Below, piece by piece: positions 1 to 10,644 of a stretch of 64,000 nt of DNA. The notes under the pieces were generated by a model. That model saw nothing but the letters and a program-made list of their open reading frames with translations, had not been told where the DNA came from and ran no database searches. The translations under genes were made by a program, and so were the position numbers. Positions within the stretch are counted from its first letter, which is position 1. Every line of letters starts with the position of its first letter. The stretch lies in assembly GCF_054482595.1 (NCBI RefSeq), contig NZ_CM137008.1. One strand, written 5' to 3'.

Positions 1-1327
1 AATTGTCGCCGACGAACGCACCAACAGTGTGATTGTCAGTGGTGACCCGGCCACGCGGGACAAAATGCGCCGCCTGATCCGTCGGCTGGACTCAGAAATG
101 GAGCGCAGCGGCAACAGCCAGGTTTTCTATCTCAAATACAGCAAAGCCGAAGATCTGGTCGATGTACTGAAGCAGGTCAGCGGCACGCTCACGGCGGCTA
201 AAGAAGAGGCGGAAGGCACGGTCGGTAGCGGGCGTGAGGTTGTCTCCATCGCCGCCAGCAAACACAGTAATGCCCTGATTGTAACCGCGCCGCAGGACAT
301 CATGCAGTCGCTGCAAAGCGTGATTGAACAACTGGATATTCGCCGTGCTCAGGTGCACGTCGAGGCGTTGATCGTGGAAGTGGCCGAAGGCAGTAATATC
401 AACTTCGGCGTGCAGTGGGCGTCGAAAGATGCCGGATTAATGCAGTTTGCTAATGGTACGCAGATCCCTATCGGTACGCTGGGCGCAGCCATTTCTCAGG
501 CGAAACCGCAGAAAGGCTCGACGGTGATCAGTGAAAACGGCGCAACCACCATTAATCCGGATACCAACGGCGATCTCTCCACGCTCGCCCAGCTTCTTTC
601 CGGCTTTAGCGGTACGGCGGTTGGCGTGGTGAAAGGCGACTGGATGGCGCTGGTACAGGCGGTTAAAAACGACTCCAGCTCGAACGTTCTCTCCACGCCG
701 AGCATCACCACGCTGGACAACCAGGAAGCCTTCTTCATGGTGGGTCAGGACGTTCCGGTATTAACCGGCTCTACCGTTGGCTCCAATAACAGCAATCCTT
801 TCAATACAGTAGAGAGGAAAAAAGTCGGCATCATGCTGAAAGTCACGCCGCAGATTAACGAAGGTAACGCGGTACAGATGGTGATTGAGCAGGAAGTCTC
901 GAAGGTGGAAGGACAGACCAGCCTCGACGTGGTGTTTGGTGAGCGCAAACTGAAGACCACCGTGCTGGCTAACGATGGTGAACTGATCGTGCTTGGCGGT
1001 CTGATGGACGACCAGGCGGGAGAAAGTGTGGCGAAAGTGCCGCTGCTGGGCGATATCCCGTTGATTGGTAACCTGTTTAAATCGACGGCGGATAAAAAAG
1101 AAAAACGTAACCTGATGGTGTTTATCCGTCCGACCATTCTGCGTGACGGTATGGCGGCAGACGGCGTGTCGCAGCGCAAATATAACTATATGCGCGCCGA
1201 ACAGATCTATCGCGATGAGCAAGGCTTAAGCCTGATGCCGCACACCGCGCAGCCGGTACTGCCAGCGCAAAACCAGGCCTTACCGCCGGAAGTACGTGCG
1301 TTCCTTAATGCCGGGAGAACGCGTTAA
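1..1327 (+). CDS. gspD: Type II secretion secretin GspD, C-terminal ~440 aa (5' end outside window)
   Basis: The frame is open from nt 2 ([16 protein letters not shown]...). It has the secretin C-domain ([14 protein letters not shown]). Stop TAA 1325-1327 overlaps the gspE ATG (TAATG). Confidence 0.9.
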   Translation, partial: IVADERTNSVIVSGDPATRDKMRRLIRRLDSEMERSGNSQVFYLKYSKAEDLVDVLKQVSGTLTAAKEEAEGTVGSGREVVSIAASKHSNALIVTAPQDIMQSLQSVIEQLDIRRAQVHVEALIVEVAEGSNINFGVQWASKDAGLMQFANGTQIPIGTLGAAISQAKPQKGSTVISENGATTINPDTNGDLSTLAQLLSGFSGTAVGVVKGDWMALVQAVKNDSSSNVLSTPSITTLDNQEAFFMVGQDVPVLTGSTVGSNNSNPFNTVERKKVGIMLKVTPQINEGNAVQMVIEQEVSKVEGQTSLDVVFGERKLKTTVLANDGELIVLGGLMDDQAGESVAKVPLLGDIPLIGNLFKSTADKKEKRNLMVFIRPTILRDGMAADGVSQRKYNYMRAEQIYRDEQGLSLMPHTAQPVLPAQNQALPPEVRAFLNAGRTR

Positions 1328-2820
1328 TGGTGCCTGTAGCACAGGAAACCACCGCTAACACCGTGCGTCTGCCCTACAGTTTCAGCCGTCGGTTTAGCCT
1401 GGTGGCATGGTGCGAAGCGTCGCTGGAGATCCTCCATGTGCATCCGTTGTCGCTCTCTGTTTTGCAGGAGCTGCAGCGGGGGCTGAACGCGCCCTTTACG
1501 CTGCGGCAAATCGACGAGGCCGAATTTGAACAGCGACTGAATGCGGTCTGGCAGCGGGACTCTTCCGAGGCCCGCCAGCTAATGGAAGATCTCGGTTCTG
1601 CTGAGGACTTTTTTACTCTCGCTGAAGAACTGCCGGAAACGGAAGATCTGCTGGAAAGTGACGACGATGCGCCGATCATCAAACTGATCAACGCCATGCT
1701 GGCAGAGGCGATTAAAGAAGGCGCTTCGGATATTCACATCGAGACGTTTGAAAAGAGTCTGGTGATCCGTTTTCGCGTTGACGGCACATTACATGAAATG
1801 CTGCGCCCGGGGCGCAAACTGGCCTCGCTGCTGGTATCGCGTATCAAGGTGATGGCACGGCTGGATATCGCCGAAAAGCGCGTACCGCAGGATGGACGTA
1901 TTGCGCTGCTGCTGGGCGGTCGGGCGATTGACGTGCGTGTCTCCACCATGCCCTCCGCCTGGGGCGAGCGCGTGGTGCTGCGACTGCTGGACAAAAACCA
2001 GGCCCGCCTGACGCTGGAGCGTCTGGGGCTTAGCCAGCAACTGACCGCGCAGTTGCGCCAGCTGTTACACAAACCGCACGGCATCTTTCTGGTAACGGGG
2101 CCGACGGGTTCCGGAAAAAGCACCACGCTGTACGCCGGATTGCAGGAGCTGAACAACCATTCGCGCAATATTCTCACGGTTGAAGACCCCATCGAATACA
2201 TGATTGAAGGAATTGGTCAGACACAGGTTAACACCCGCGTCGGCATGACCTTTGCCCGTGGCCTGCGCGCGATTTTGCGTCAGGACCCGGATGTGGTGAT
2301 GGTCGGTGAAATCCGCGATACCGAAACCGCAGAAATCGCCGTCCAGGCTTCACTTACCGGACACCTGGTCCTTTCCACGCTGCATACCAACACGGCGGTG
2401 GGGGCGATCACGCGTTTGCAGGATATGGGCGTGGAGCCTTTCCTGCTCTCTTCCAGTCTGACGGGCGTGATGGCGCAGCGACTGGTTCGCACGCTGTGCC
2501 CCGACTGCCGCCAGCCCGCGCCTGCCACTGACGAAGAAAAACGCCTGCTGGGAATTACCGACGCGCGTACCGTCACTCTGTACCATCCGCAGGGCTGCCC
2601 CGCCTGTAATCATAAAGGTTTCCGCGGACGTACTGCCATCCATGAGCTGATCGTGGTGGATGCCACATTGCGTGATTTGATCCACCGTCAGGCCGGGGAA
2701 CTGGAGCTGGAACGTTATGTCCGGCAACACTCTGCGGGCATCCGCAGCAACGGCATTGAGAAAGTGCTCGCCGGAGAAACCTCTCTCGATGAAGTTCTGC
2801 GGGTAACCATGGAGGCGTAA
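1327..2820 (+). CDS. gspE: T2SS ATPase GspE
   Basis: 497 aa with Walker [10 protein letters not shown] and a C-terminal CPDC...CPAC zinc motif. It sits in the operon between the secretin and the platform protein. Confidence 0.93.
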   Translation: MVPVAQETTANTVRLPYSFSRRFSLVAWCEASLEILHVHPLSLSVLQELQRGLNAPFTLRQIDEAEFEQRLNAVWQRDSSEARQLMEDLGSAEDFFTLAEELPETEDLLESDDDAPIIKLINAMLAEAIKEGASDIHIETFEKSLVIRFRVDGTLHEMLRPGRKLASLLVSRIKVMARLDIAEKRVPQDGRIALLLGGRAIDVRVSTMPSAWGERVVLRLLDKNQARLTLERLGLSQQLTAQLRQLLHKPHGIFLVTGPTGSGKSTTLYAGLQELNNHSRNILTVEDPIEYMIEGIGQTQVNTRVGMTFARGLRAILRQDPDVVMVGEIRDTETAEIAVQASLTGHLVLSTLHTNTAVGAITRLQDMGVEPFLLSSSLTGVMAQRLVRTLCPDCRQPAPATDEEKRLLGITDARTVTLYHPQGCPACNHKGFRGRTAIHELIVVDATLRDLIHRQAGELELERYVRQHSAGIRSNGIEKVLAGETSLDEVLRVTMEA

Positions 2821-4043
2821 TGGCACTGTTTTACTATCAGGCGCTGGAGCGTAATGGTCGCAAAACCAAAGGCATGATTGAGGCGGATTCCGCGCGTCAT
2901 GCCCGCCAGTTGTTGCGCGGTAAAGATCTCATTCCCATGCACATTGAAGCCCGGATGAATGCTTCGGCAGGGGGAATGTTGCAGCGTCGGCGACACGCAC
3001 ATCGTCGCGTGGCGTCGGCAGATCTGGCGCTGTTCACGCGCCAACTGGCAACGCTGGTGCAGGCAGCAATGCCGCTGGAAACCTGCTTACAGGCGGTCAG
3101 TGAGCAAAGTGAAAAACTGCATGTAAAAAGCCTCGGAATGGCGCTGCGCAGCCGGATTCAGGAAGGTTACACCCTGTCGGACAGCCTGCGCGAACATCCC
3201 CGCGTCTTTGATTCCCTGTTTTGTTCGATGGTGGCTGCCGGAGAAAAATCCGGGCATCTCGACGTGGTGCTTAATCGCCTGGCGGATTACACCGAACAGC
3301 GACAGCGCCTGAAATCACGTCTATTGCAGGCCATGCTCTATCCGCTGGTTCTGCTGGTGGTGGCAACGGGCGTGGTCACTATTTTGCTGACGGCAGTGGT
3401 GCCGAAAATCATCGAACAGTTCGATCACCTCGGACACGCGCTGCCCGCCACCACCCGCGCGCTTATCGCCATGAGTGACGCGTTACAGGCCAGCGGCGTT
3501 TACTGGCTGGCGGGATTGCTGGCGCTTCTGGTGCTGGGGCAACGGCTACTCAAAAATCCTGTTATGCGCCTGCGCTGGGACAAAACCTTGCTGCGCCTGC
3601 CCGTGACAGGGCGTGTTGCGCGCGGACTGAATACGGCGCGGTTTTCCCGCACCTTAAGCATCCTCACCGCCAGCAGTGTTCCGCTGCTGGAAGGGATTCA
3701 GACCGCTGCCGCCGTGTCGGCAAATCGCTATGTCGAGCAACAACTGCTGCTGGCGGCAGATCGCGTCCGCGAAGGAAGCAGTCTGCGCGCTGCACTGGCG
3801 GAGTTGCACCTGTTCCCACCGATGATGCTGTACATGATCGCCTCCGGCGAACAGAGCGGCGAACTGGAAGCCATGCTTGAGCAGGCAGCGGTCAACCAGG
3901 AACGGGAATTTGATACCCAGGTGGGGCTGGCGTTAGGGCTGTTTGAACCGGCGCTGGTGGTGATGATGGCGGGCGTGGTGCTGTTTATCGTCATCGCCAT
4001 CCTCGAGCCGATGCTGCAACTGAACAATATGGTTGGAATGTAA
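2820..4043 (+). CDS. gspF: T2SS inner-membrane platform protein GspF
   Basis: 407 aa polytopic membrane protein. Its ATG overlaps the gspE stop by 1 nt. The order matches a typical gsp operon. Confidence 0.9.
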   Translation: MALFYYQALERNGRKTKGMIEADSARHARQLLRGKDLIPMHIEARMNASAGGMLQRRRHAHRRVASADLALFTRQLATLVQAAMPLETCLQAVSEQSEKLHVKSLGMALRSRIQEGYTLSDSLREHPRVFDSLFCSMVAAGEKSGHLDVVLNRLADYTEQRQRLKSRLLQAMLYPLVLLVVATGVVTILLTAVVPKIIEQFDHLGHALPATTRALIAMSDALQASGVYWLAGLLALLVLGQRLLKNPVMRLRWDKTLLRLPVTGRVARGLNTARFSRTLSILTASSVPLLEGIQTAAAVSANRYVEQQLLLAADRVREGSSLRAALAELHLFPPMMLYMIASGEQSGELEAMLEQAAVNQEREFDTQVGLALGLFEPALVVMMAGVVLFIVIAILEPMLQLNNMVGM

Positions 4044-4059
4044 TTTACGGAGTTATCAC

Positions 4060-4515
4060 ATGAATTCGTTATCCCGCACACAAAAACCACGGGCAGGTTT
4101 TACCCTGCTGGAAGTGATGGTGGTGATTGTTATTCTTGGCGTCCTGGCAAGTCTGGTGGTGCCTAACCTGTTGGGCAACAAAGAGAAAGCGGATCGGCAA
4201 AAAGCCATCAGCGATATCGTGGCGCTGGAAAACGCACTGGATATGTACCGACTGGATAACGGGCGTTATCCAACTACCGAGCAGGGGCTTGAGGCGCTGA
4301 TCCAGCAGCCAGCCAATATGGCGGACGCCCGCAACTACCGTACTGGTGGATACATTAAACGACTGCCAAAGGATCCGTGGGGCAATGATTATCAGTATCT
4401 CAGCCCGGGTGAAAAAGGGCTGTTTGATGTTTATACCCTGGGGGCGGATGGTCAGGAAAACGGGGAAGGCGCTGGCGCAGATATCGGTAACTGGAATTTG
4501 CAGGAGTTTCAGTAA
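4060..4515 (+). CDS. gspG: Major pseudopilin GspG
   Basis: Prepilin leader followed by GFTLLEVMVVIVILG. ATG 4060 is preceded by ACGGAG. The track start at 4033 is an upstream extension. Confidence 0.9.
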   Translation: MNSLSRTQKPRAGFTLLEVMVVIVILGVLASLVVPNLLGNKEKADRQKAISDIVALENALDMYRLDNGRYPTTEQGLEALIQQPANMADARNYRTGGYIKRLPKDPWGNDYQYLSPGEKGLFDVYTLGADGQENGEGAGADIGNWNLQEFQ

Positions 4516-4518
4516 GCA

Positions 4519-5082
4519 GTGCCTGAACGCGGATTCACACTTCTGGAAATCATGCTGGTGATTTTCCTTATCGGCCTTGCCAGTGCGGGCGTGGTACAGA
4601 CGTTTGCGACCGATTCTGAATCGCCCGCGAAAAAAGCGGCGCAGGATTTTCTGACTCGCTTTGCGCAGTTTAAAGACAGGGCAGTGATCGAAGGGCAGAC
4701 ACTCGGTGTACTAATCGACCCGCCGGGATACCAGTTTATGCAGCGTCGTCAGAGGCAGTGGTTGCCCGTTTCTGCGACCCGGTTATCGGCACAGGTTACG
4801 GTGCCGAAACAGGTGCAGATGCTGTTACAACCCGGAAGTGATATCTGGCAGAAGGAATATGCGCTGGAGCTGCAACGTCGTCGCCTGACGCTGCACGATA
4901 TTGAACTGGAGTTGCAAAAAGAGGCGAAAAAGAAGACGCCGCAGATCCGTTTTTCGCCTTTTGAACCCGCCACGCCGTTTACGCTGCGCTTCTACTCAGC
5001 GGCGCAAAACGCATGTTGGGCGGTAAAACTGGCACACGATGGCGCGTTATCCCTCAGTCAATGTGATGAGAGGATGCCATGA
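4519..5082 (+). CDS. gspH: Minor pseudopilin GspH
   Basis: GTG start and an N-terminal prepilin motif RGFTLLEIMLVIFLIG. Confidence 0.85.
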   Translation: MPERGFTLLEIMLVIFLIGLASAGVVQTFATDSESPAKKAAQDFLTRFAQFKDRAVIEGQTLGVLIDPPGYQFMQRRQRQWLPVSATRLSAQVTVPKQVQMLLQPGSDIWQKEYALELQRRRLTLHDIELELQKEAKKKTPQIRFSPFEPATPFTLRFYSAAQNACWAVKLAHDGALSLSQCDERMP

Positions 5083-5450
5083 AGCGCGGATTTACCTTGC
5101 TGGAAGTGATGCTCGCACTGGCGATTTTTGCGCTGGCTGCCACGGCGGTGTTACAGATTGCCAGCGGTGCGCTGAGTAATCAGCACGTTCTTGAGGAGAA
5201 AACGGTAGCAGGCTGGGTGGCTGAAAACCAGACCGCGCTGCTCTACCTGATGACCCATGAACAACGGGCGGTCAGGCATCAGGGCGAGAGCGATATGGCT
5301 GGAAGCCGCTGGTACTGGCGAACCACACCGCAGAATACAGGCAACGCGCTGCTCCAGGCGGTGGATATTGAAGTCAGCCTTCACGAAGACTTTTCGTCGG
5401 TAATTCAGTCACGACGCGCCTGGTTTAGCGCCGTGGGAGGCCAACAGTGA
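5079..5450 (+). CDS. gspI: Minor pseudopilin GspI
   Basis: ATGA overlap with gspH. N-terminus KRGFTLLEVMLALAIF. Confidence 0.85.
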   Translation: MKRGFTLLEVMLALAIFALAATAVLQIASGALSNQHVLEEKTVAGWVAENQTALLYLMTHEQRAVRHQGESDMAGSRWYWRTTPQNTGNALLQAVDIEVSLHEDFSSVIQSRRAWFSAVGGQQ

Positions 5451-6052
5451 GAAGGACTCGCGCTGGTTTCACGTTACTGGAAATGCTGGTGGCGATAGCC
5501 ATTTTTGCCTCACTGGCACTGATGGCGCAGCAGGTGACAAACGGCGTCACACGTGTGAATAGTGCCGTCGCCGATCACGATCAAAAACTAAACCTCATGC
5601 AGCAAACGATGAGTTTTCTGACCCACGATCTGACACAAATGATGCCGCGTCCGGTAAGAGGCGATCAGGGCCAGCGTGAATCAGCGTTACTGGCGGGCGC
5701 TGGCGTGCTGGCGTCTGAGAGTGAAGGAATGCGCTTTGTACGCGGCGGCGTGGTTAATCCGTTGATGCGTCTGCCGCGCAGTAATCTGCTCACCGTCGGT
5801 TACCGCATTCATGACGGTTATCTCGAACGGTTAGCCTGGCCGCTGACCGACGCAGCAGGCAGCGTGAAGCCAACAACGCAAAAGTTGATTCCGGCGGATT
5901 CGCTCCGTTTGCAGTTCTACGACGGCACACGCTGGCAGGAGAGCTGGTCATCACTTCAGGCGATCCCAGTGGCGGTACGCATGACCCTGCACTCGCCGCA
6001 ATGGGGCGAGATTGAACGCATCTGGTTGTTACGCGGGCCGCAATTATCATGA
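5447..6052 (+). CDS. gspJ: Minor pseudopilin GspJ
   Basis: GTGA overlap with gspI. N-terminus RAGFTLLEMLVAIAIF. Confidence 0.85.
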   Translation: MRRTRAGFTLLEMLVAIAIFASLALMAQQVTNGVTRVNSAVADHDQKLNLMQQTMSFLTHDLTQMMPRPVRGDQGQRESALLAGAGVLASESEGMRFVRGGVVNPLMRLPRSNLLTVGYRIHDGYLERLAWPLTDAAGSVKPTTQKLIPADSLRLQFYDGTRWQESWSSLQAIPVAVRMTLHSPQWGEIERIWLLRGPQLS

Positions 6053-7026
6053 TCAGCTCACCACCAAAACGCGGAATGGCACTGGTCGTGGTGCTGGTAT
6101 TGCTGGCGGTCATGATGCTGGTAACCATCACGCTTTCCGGGCGGATGCAGCAACAACTTGGGCGAACGCGCAGCCAGCAGGAGTACCAGCAGGCGCTATG
6201 GTACAGCGCCAGTGCTGAAAGCCTGGCGTTGAGCGCGCTCAGTCTGAGTCTGAAAAATGAACAACGTGTGCATCTGGCACAGCCGTGGGCTTCTGGCCCT
6301 CGTTTTTTCCCACTGCCGCAGGGGCAAATCGCCGTCACTCTGCGTGACGCACAGGCCTGCTTTAACCTGAATGCCCTCGCTCAGCCGACGACGGCGTCGC
6401 GTCCGCTCGCGGTACAACAACTGATTGCCCTGATCACGCGCCTCGATGTGCCTGCTTATCGGGCCGAATTAATTGCTGAAAGCCTGTGGGAGTTTATTGA
6501 CGAAGGCCGCAGTGTGCAGACGCGTCTGGGGCGTGAAGACAGTGAGTATCTTGCCCGTTCGGTGCCGTTCTACGCCGCCAATCAACCGCTGGCTGATATC
6601 AGCGAGATGCGCGTGGTACAGGGAATGGACGCCGGACTTTATCAAAAACTGAAACCGCTGGTCTGTGCGCTGCCGATGACCCGCCAGCAAATCAACATCA
6701 ATACCTTAGACGTCACGCAAAGTGTGATTCTTGAGGCGCTGTTTGACCCGTGGTTAAGCCCTGTTCAGGCGCGGGCGTTATTACAACAACGTCCGGCGAA
6801 GGGCTGGGAAGATGTCGATCAGTTTCTTGCACAGCCGCTACTTGCTGACGTCGATGAGCGTACTAAAAAACAGCTAAAAACCGTCCTGAGCGTGGACAGC
6901 AATTACTTCTGGCTGCGTTCAGATATCACCGTGAATGAGATTGAACTGACGATGAACTCGTTAATTGTCCGCATGGGCCCACAACACTTTTCGGTTCTCT
7001 GGCATCAGACAGGAGAAAGTGAGTGA
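6049..7026 (+). CDS. gspK: Minor pseudopilin GspK
   Basis: 325 aa with N-terminal TM segment MALVVVLVLLAVMMLV. ATGA overlap with gspJ. Confidence 0.85.
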   Translation: MISSPPKRGMALVVVLVLLAVMMLVTITLSGRMQQQLGRTRSQQEYQQALWYSASAESLALSALSLSLKNEQRVHLAQPWASGPRFFPLPQGQIAVTLRDAQACFNLNALAQPTTASRPLAVQQLIALITRLDVPAYRAELIAESLWEFIDEGRSVQTRLGREDSEYLARSVPFYAANQPLADISEMRVVQGMDAGLYQKLKPLVCALPMTRQQININTLDVTQSVILEALFDPWLSPVQARALLQQRPAKGWEDVDQFLAQPLLADVDERTKKQLKTVLSVDSNYFWLRSDITVNEIELTMNSLIVRMGPQHFSVLWHQTGESE

Positions 7027-8201
7027 GTTCCATGCTTGAGATTTTTTTCCCGCTTTGCGCCTCCGACACCATCCGCTGGCAGCGCCGTACACCCGACGTG
7101 GAGCACGGTATCTGGCCTGACGTTGCTGACGAACGTCTCCAGCAATGGCTGCAAACTGATGCGATTCGACTCTACATTCCCGGCGAATGGATCAGCGTCT
7201 GGCAGGTTGAACTGCCTGATATCCCCCGCAAGCAGATACCGACTATTCTGCCCGCCTTACTGGAAGAGGAGCTGAACCAGGATATCGACGAACTGCATTT
7301 TGCCGCGTTGAAAATCGACCAGCAACAGGCAACCGTGGCAGTGATTCACCAGCAGCATATGCGCAACATTGCGCAGTGGTTGCAGGCAAACGGCATCACC
7401 CGCGCCACCGTTGCACCGGACTGGATGTCCATGCCTTGTGGTTATATGGCTGGCGATGCACAGCGAATTATTTGCCGCATCGATGAATGCCGTGGATGGA
7501 GCGCCGGGCTGGCGCTGGCTCCGGTCATGTTCCGCGCCCAGCTCAATGAGCAGGATTTACCGCTTTCGCTAACTGTAGTCGGCATTGCACCGGAAGAACT
7601 ATCAGCATGGGCTGGCGCAGACGCTGAACGCCTGACCGTTACGGCTCTGCCAGCCATTACCACTTATGGCGAACCGGAAGGGAACCTGCTAACAGGGCCG
7701 TGGCAGCCTCGCGTCAGCTACCGAAAACAGTGGGCGCGCTGGCGAGTGATGATTCTGCCGATATTGCTGATTCTGGTTGCGCTGGCAGTGGAACGGGGCG
7801 TGACGTTATGGAGCGTCAGCGAACAGGTGGCGCAAAGCCGCGACCAGGCTGAGAAACAGTTCTTAACGTTGTTCCCGGAGCAGAAGCGGATTGTGAATTT
7901 ACGCTCTCAGGTGACGATGGCGCTGAAAAAATATCGCCCACAGGCCGACGATACCCGGCTGCTCGCCGAGTTGTCAGCGATAGCCAGCACCCTGAAATCA
8001 GCGTCACTTTCCGACATCGAAATGTGTGGTTTCACCTTTGATCAAAAACGCCAGACGCTTCACCTCCAGTTGCGGGCAGCAAACTTTGCCAGTTTCGACA
8101 AACTGCGTAGTGCACTGGCAACCGATTATGTTGTGCAACAGGACGCGTTACAGAAAGAGGGTGATGCGGTTTCCGGCGGCGTAATGTTGCGGAGGAAATA
8201 A
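7023..8201 (+). CDS. gspL: T2SS assembly protein GspL
   Basis: 392 aa: a cytoplasmic domain plus one TM segment (WRVMILPILLILVALAV). GTG 7023 overlaps the gspK stop; ATG 7032 is an alternative start. Confidence 0.8.
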   Translation: MSSMLEIFFPLCASDTIRWQRRTPDVEHGIWPDVADERLQQWLQTDAIRLYIPGEWISVWQVELPDIPRKQIPTILPALLEEELNQDIDELHFAALKIDQQQATVAVIHQQHMRNIAQWLQANGITRATVAPDWMSMPCGYMAGDAQRIICRIDECRGWSAGLALAPVMFRAQLNEQDLPLSLTVVGIAPEELSAWAGADAERLTVTALPAITTYGEPEGNLLTGPWQPRVSYRKQWARWRVMILPILLILVALAVERGVTLWSVSEQVAQSRDQAEKQFLTLFPEQKRIVNLRSQVTMALKKYRPQADDTRLLAELSAIASTLKSASLSDIEMCGFTFDQKRQTLHLQLRAANFASFDKLRSALATDYVVQQDALQKEGDAVSGGVMLRRK

Positions 8202-8202
8202 C

Positions 8203-8739
8203 ATGTTACGCGATAAATTTATTCACTATTTTCAGCAATGGCGTGAACGCCAGTTAAGCCGTGGCGAACACTGGCTGGCACAACACCTGGCGGGGCGTTC
8301 TCCGCGTGAAAAGGGCATGTTACTGGCAGCGGTGGTGTTCCTGTTTAGCGTCGGATATTACGTCCTCATCTGGCAGCCGTTGAGCGAACGGATAGAACAA
8401 CAGGAGACGATGTTGCAGCAGCTGGTGGCAATGAACACCCGACTGAAGAACGCCGCGCCGGATATTATTGCAGCGCGAAAATCTGCCACAACAACGCCTG
8501 CGCAGGTATCGCGGGTCATCAGTGACAGTGCTTCCGCGCACTCGGTGGTCATCAGGCGGATAGCCGAGCGTGGGGAGAATATTCAGGTCTGGATAGAACC
8601 TGTGGTGTTTAATGACCTGCTGAAATGGTTAAACGCACTGGATGAAAAATATGCGCTGCGGGTGACACAAATTGATGTCAGTGCTGCTGAGAAGCCTGGG
8701 ATGGTGAATGTGCAGCGGCTGGAGTTTGGACGGGGGTAA
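8203..8739 (+). CDS. gspM: T2SS protein GspM (T2SS-beta; K-12 YghD equivalent)
   Basis: 178 aa with an N-terminal TM segment. The sequence matches my recollection of K-12 YghD. It is the last gene before the pheV locus, as in K-12. Confidence 0.85.
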   Translation: MLRDKFIHYFQQWRERQLSRGEHWLAQHLAGRSPREKGMLLAAVVFLFSVGYYVLIWQPLSERIEQQETMLQQLVAMNTRLKNAAPDIIAARKSATTTPAQVSRVISDSASAHSVVIRRIAERGENIQVWIEPVVFNDLLKWLNALDEKYALRVTQIDVSAAEKPGMVNVQRLEFGRG

Positions 8740-8765
8740 AGTATCAGGAGATTAATATCAATAAA

Positions 8766-8794
8766 ATTACTCTCGTTAACGTGGCGAGAGTAAT
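8766..8794 (+). terminator. Hairpin downstream of gspM (possible operon terminator)
   Basis: ATTACTCTCG-N9-CGAGAGTAAT forms a 10-bp stem. No clear T-run follows. Confidence 0.35.
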
Positions 8795-8845
8795 TCCCCC
8801 AGACTTTATAAGCTAATTTTTTTCGTGAAGGTTATTGTCAGATCC

Positions 8846-8875
8846 AAAAGCAAAAACCCGCCTTGTGGGCGGGTT
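8846..8875 (-). terminator. Rho-independent terminator of pheV (retained at island distal junction)
   Basis: On the minus strand, stem AACCCGCC/GGCGGGTT (8855-8862 / 8868-8875) is followed by TTTTTGCTTTT, immediately 3' of the tRNA-Phe end fragment. Confidence 0.65.
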
Positions 8876-8887
8876 CTTAAGAATTAG

Positions 8888-8909
8888 TGGTGCCGGACTC
8901 GGAATCGAA
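8888..8909 (-). repeat. 22-nt partial copy of tRNA-Phe 3' end: distal att direct repeat of a pheV island
   Basis: The plus strand reads TGGTGCCGGACTCGGAATCGAA. This is the reverse complement of the tRNA-Phe acceptor/T-arm end ..TTCGATTCCGAGTCCGG(G)CACCA with one C missing. No D-arm or anticodon arm follows, so it is not a tRNA gene. Confidence 0.8.
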
Positions 8910-9019
8910 GATTTCTTTTATCATATTGATATTAATATAATTTGTTTGGTTTGATTAAAAATGTACCCTCAATTATACCCGCAGTCCCTTTTGATATCGA
9001 AAGGGAATCACACTCGGGA

Positions 9020-9865
9020 TCAGGCTGAGAGCACAGAAGGAAAGTGCCTGGCTATTATATCGTTAATTCTGTCAATCAGCTCCAGCCTTTTGAAAGTGAT
9101 GTGTGCAGATCCCTTCTTAAAGTATTTAATGATGAACATCTCATCTTCATAGCGTCCTTTACCCTGAACGGATTGTATGTGGTCATCCAGATTAATGGTG
9201 ATATTCCCCCGGTTGTCGGGGATCGGTTTACCGCTGAGCAGATGCAACATTCTTTCCAGGTCAGCCAGGCGATCTGCCTGCATTCCACTGATAAGATGAA
9301 ATCCCCACTGGTCCCACCTCACCAGATTGTTGACGATAATTTTACTGCCAAATTTACAGGGTGAGTTGGTTTTGTAATCCCAGCTCAGCCCTTTGAAGAC
9401 GTTGAGCACTCCCCGCTCAAACACTTCATCCTTATTCTGGTGCAGTTGTTCAAATGTGCTCAGAATGTTCGCTTCACTGATTTCCGGAAAATTATCATAT
9501 TCCAGTGACCTGTACCATGTGTCCCGGGTCTGCGCATCCATCAGACTCTGCATCCCGGAACGTTGCATCAGGTCACGCCAGATTTCGCGATCGAGATTGC
9601 GTGTGATGGCTTTCATTGCGGTTTCCGGTTTCTCCATCAGCCAGCAGCCGCAGCGAAAATCCTGTTTCATCGCCCAGTCCAGGGCGGTTTTACCTCCAAT
9701 ACTTTCTGTCAGTACTGAGATTTCTGCCAGTTGCCGGATAAGTGTGTCGATTTGCAGCAGCGCACTCTTTCGTACAGCCAGAATGTGGCGGATACTGGTT
9801 GAGCAGATAACGTCCGTATGCCCGTTGACCAGTTCCGGGCGGGAGATTGTGATATCTGACATCAT
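9020..9865 (-). CDS. DUF4942-like island-end protein
   Basis: 281-aa ORF, the last gene before the att repeat. The family assignment comes from memory of similar island-terminal proteins. Confidence 0.55.
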   Translation of the reverse strand: MMSDITISRPELVNGHTDVICSTSIRHILAVRKSALLQIDTLIRQLAEISVLTESIGGKTALDWAMKQDFRCGCWLMEKPETAMKAITRNLDREIWRDLMQRSGMQSLMDAQTRDTWYRSLEYDNFPEISEANILSTFEQLHQNKDEVFERGVLNVFKGLSWDYKTNSPCKFGSKIIVNNLVRWDQWGFHLISGMQADRLADLERMLHLLSGKPIPDNRGNITINLDDHIQSVQGKGRYEDEMFIIKYFKKGSAHITFKRLELIDRINDIIARHFPSVLSA

Positions 9866-9946
9866 CGTTTTTCCTTTTGGTTTATAAACGAAAACGCCAG
9901 CCGTATTCAGGCTGGCGTCAGTGGAATGAAGTCTGGTGAGTGAGAT

Positions 9947-10144
9947 TCACCGGTTCTGGTGCAGAAGCGGCAGTTGGCGCAGGGTATGGATATCCTCCCT
10001 CGCCTGTTCAATACAGGACAACAGTGCTGCCGAATCCGTTTTATCCTCATTGTTGTCAAAGATAATTCCGGATTCGCAGTCGATATTGTCCTGCAGCCAC
10101 GCAATCAGAATATCCAGTGCGGTTTCCGTGGTTAATGATTTCAT
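9947..10144 (-). CDS. DUF957 family small protein
   Basis: MKSLTTETALDILIAWLQDNIDCESGIIFDNNEDK..., starting at ATG 10144. The track start at 10189 is an extension. Confidence 0.6.
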   Translation of the reverse strand: MKSLTTETALDILIAWLQDNIDCESGIIFDNNEDKTDSAALLSCIEQAREDIHTLRQLPLLHQNR

Positions 10145-10155
10145 GTTGCTCCTGG

Positions 10156-10644
10156 TTACCAGTTGAAAGTGGGTAAACCCGGCAGGCATTCAGCGCTGGC
10201 ATCCAGATGAATGAGACTGACACCATAACGTCGGGTAAGTGTGACAACCAGACGGCGGAACGTTTTTGACAGCCCCAGGCGCTTAAGCCGCAGAACCGGA
10301 TACGGCCACGCATCAGTACGTAACAGATAGCCGCTGCCGGTAAAATGAATCCATTCTGATTCACCGAAGTCACTGGTCTGGTGTGACAGCGAGTACAGCC
10401 AGGCGTTGTCCGTTTCCGTGATATGTGCGGTACTGCAGTGTATACCGGTCAGGACAGCAAATGGTGGCATGCAGTCTGTTGAGGCCCGGTCAGATGCATC
10501 AACAACACGAAGGGAGTGGCCATTATCACAGACCACGTTAATCAGTTCAGCGAGATTAACACCATCGACGTCAACGACAATGCGTCCCATGTTCAGTGCC
10601 TGCACGTTAATGCTGTCGGCTTCCAGCGTCAGGGCCAGTTTCAT
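10156..10644 (-). CDS. YeeW-like / DUF5983 protein downstream of cbtA
   Basis: 162 aa. Its ATG overlaps the cbtA stop (ATGA), matching the conserved position after CbtA-family toxins. Confidence 0.6.
   Translation of the reverse strand: MKLALTLEADSINVQALNMGRIVVDVDGVNLAELINVVCDNGHSLRVVDASDRASTDCMPPFAVLTGIHCSTAHITETDNAWLYSLSHQTSDFGESEWIHFTGSGYLLRTDAWPYPVLRLKRLGLSKTFRRLVVTLTRRYGVSLIHLDASAECLPGLPTFNW

Noticed and set aside
8888-8909. A tRNA-Phe gene
   Set aside because: Only the last 22 nt of the tRNA are present, with a 1-nt deletion. The D, anticodon and most of the T arm are absent. It is the att repeat, not a gene.
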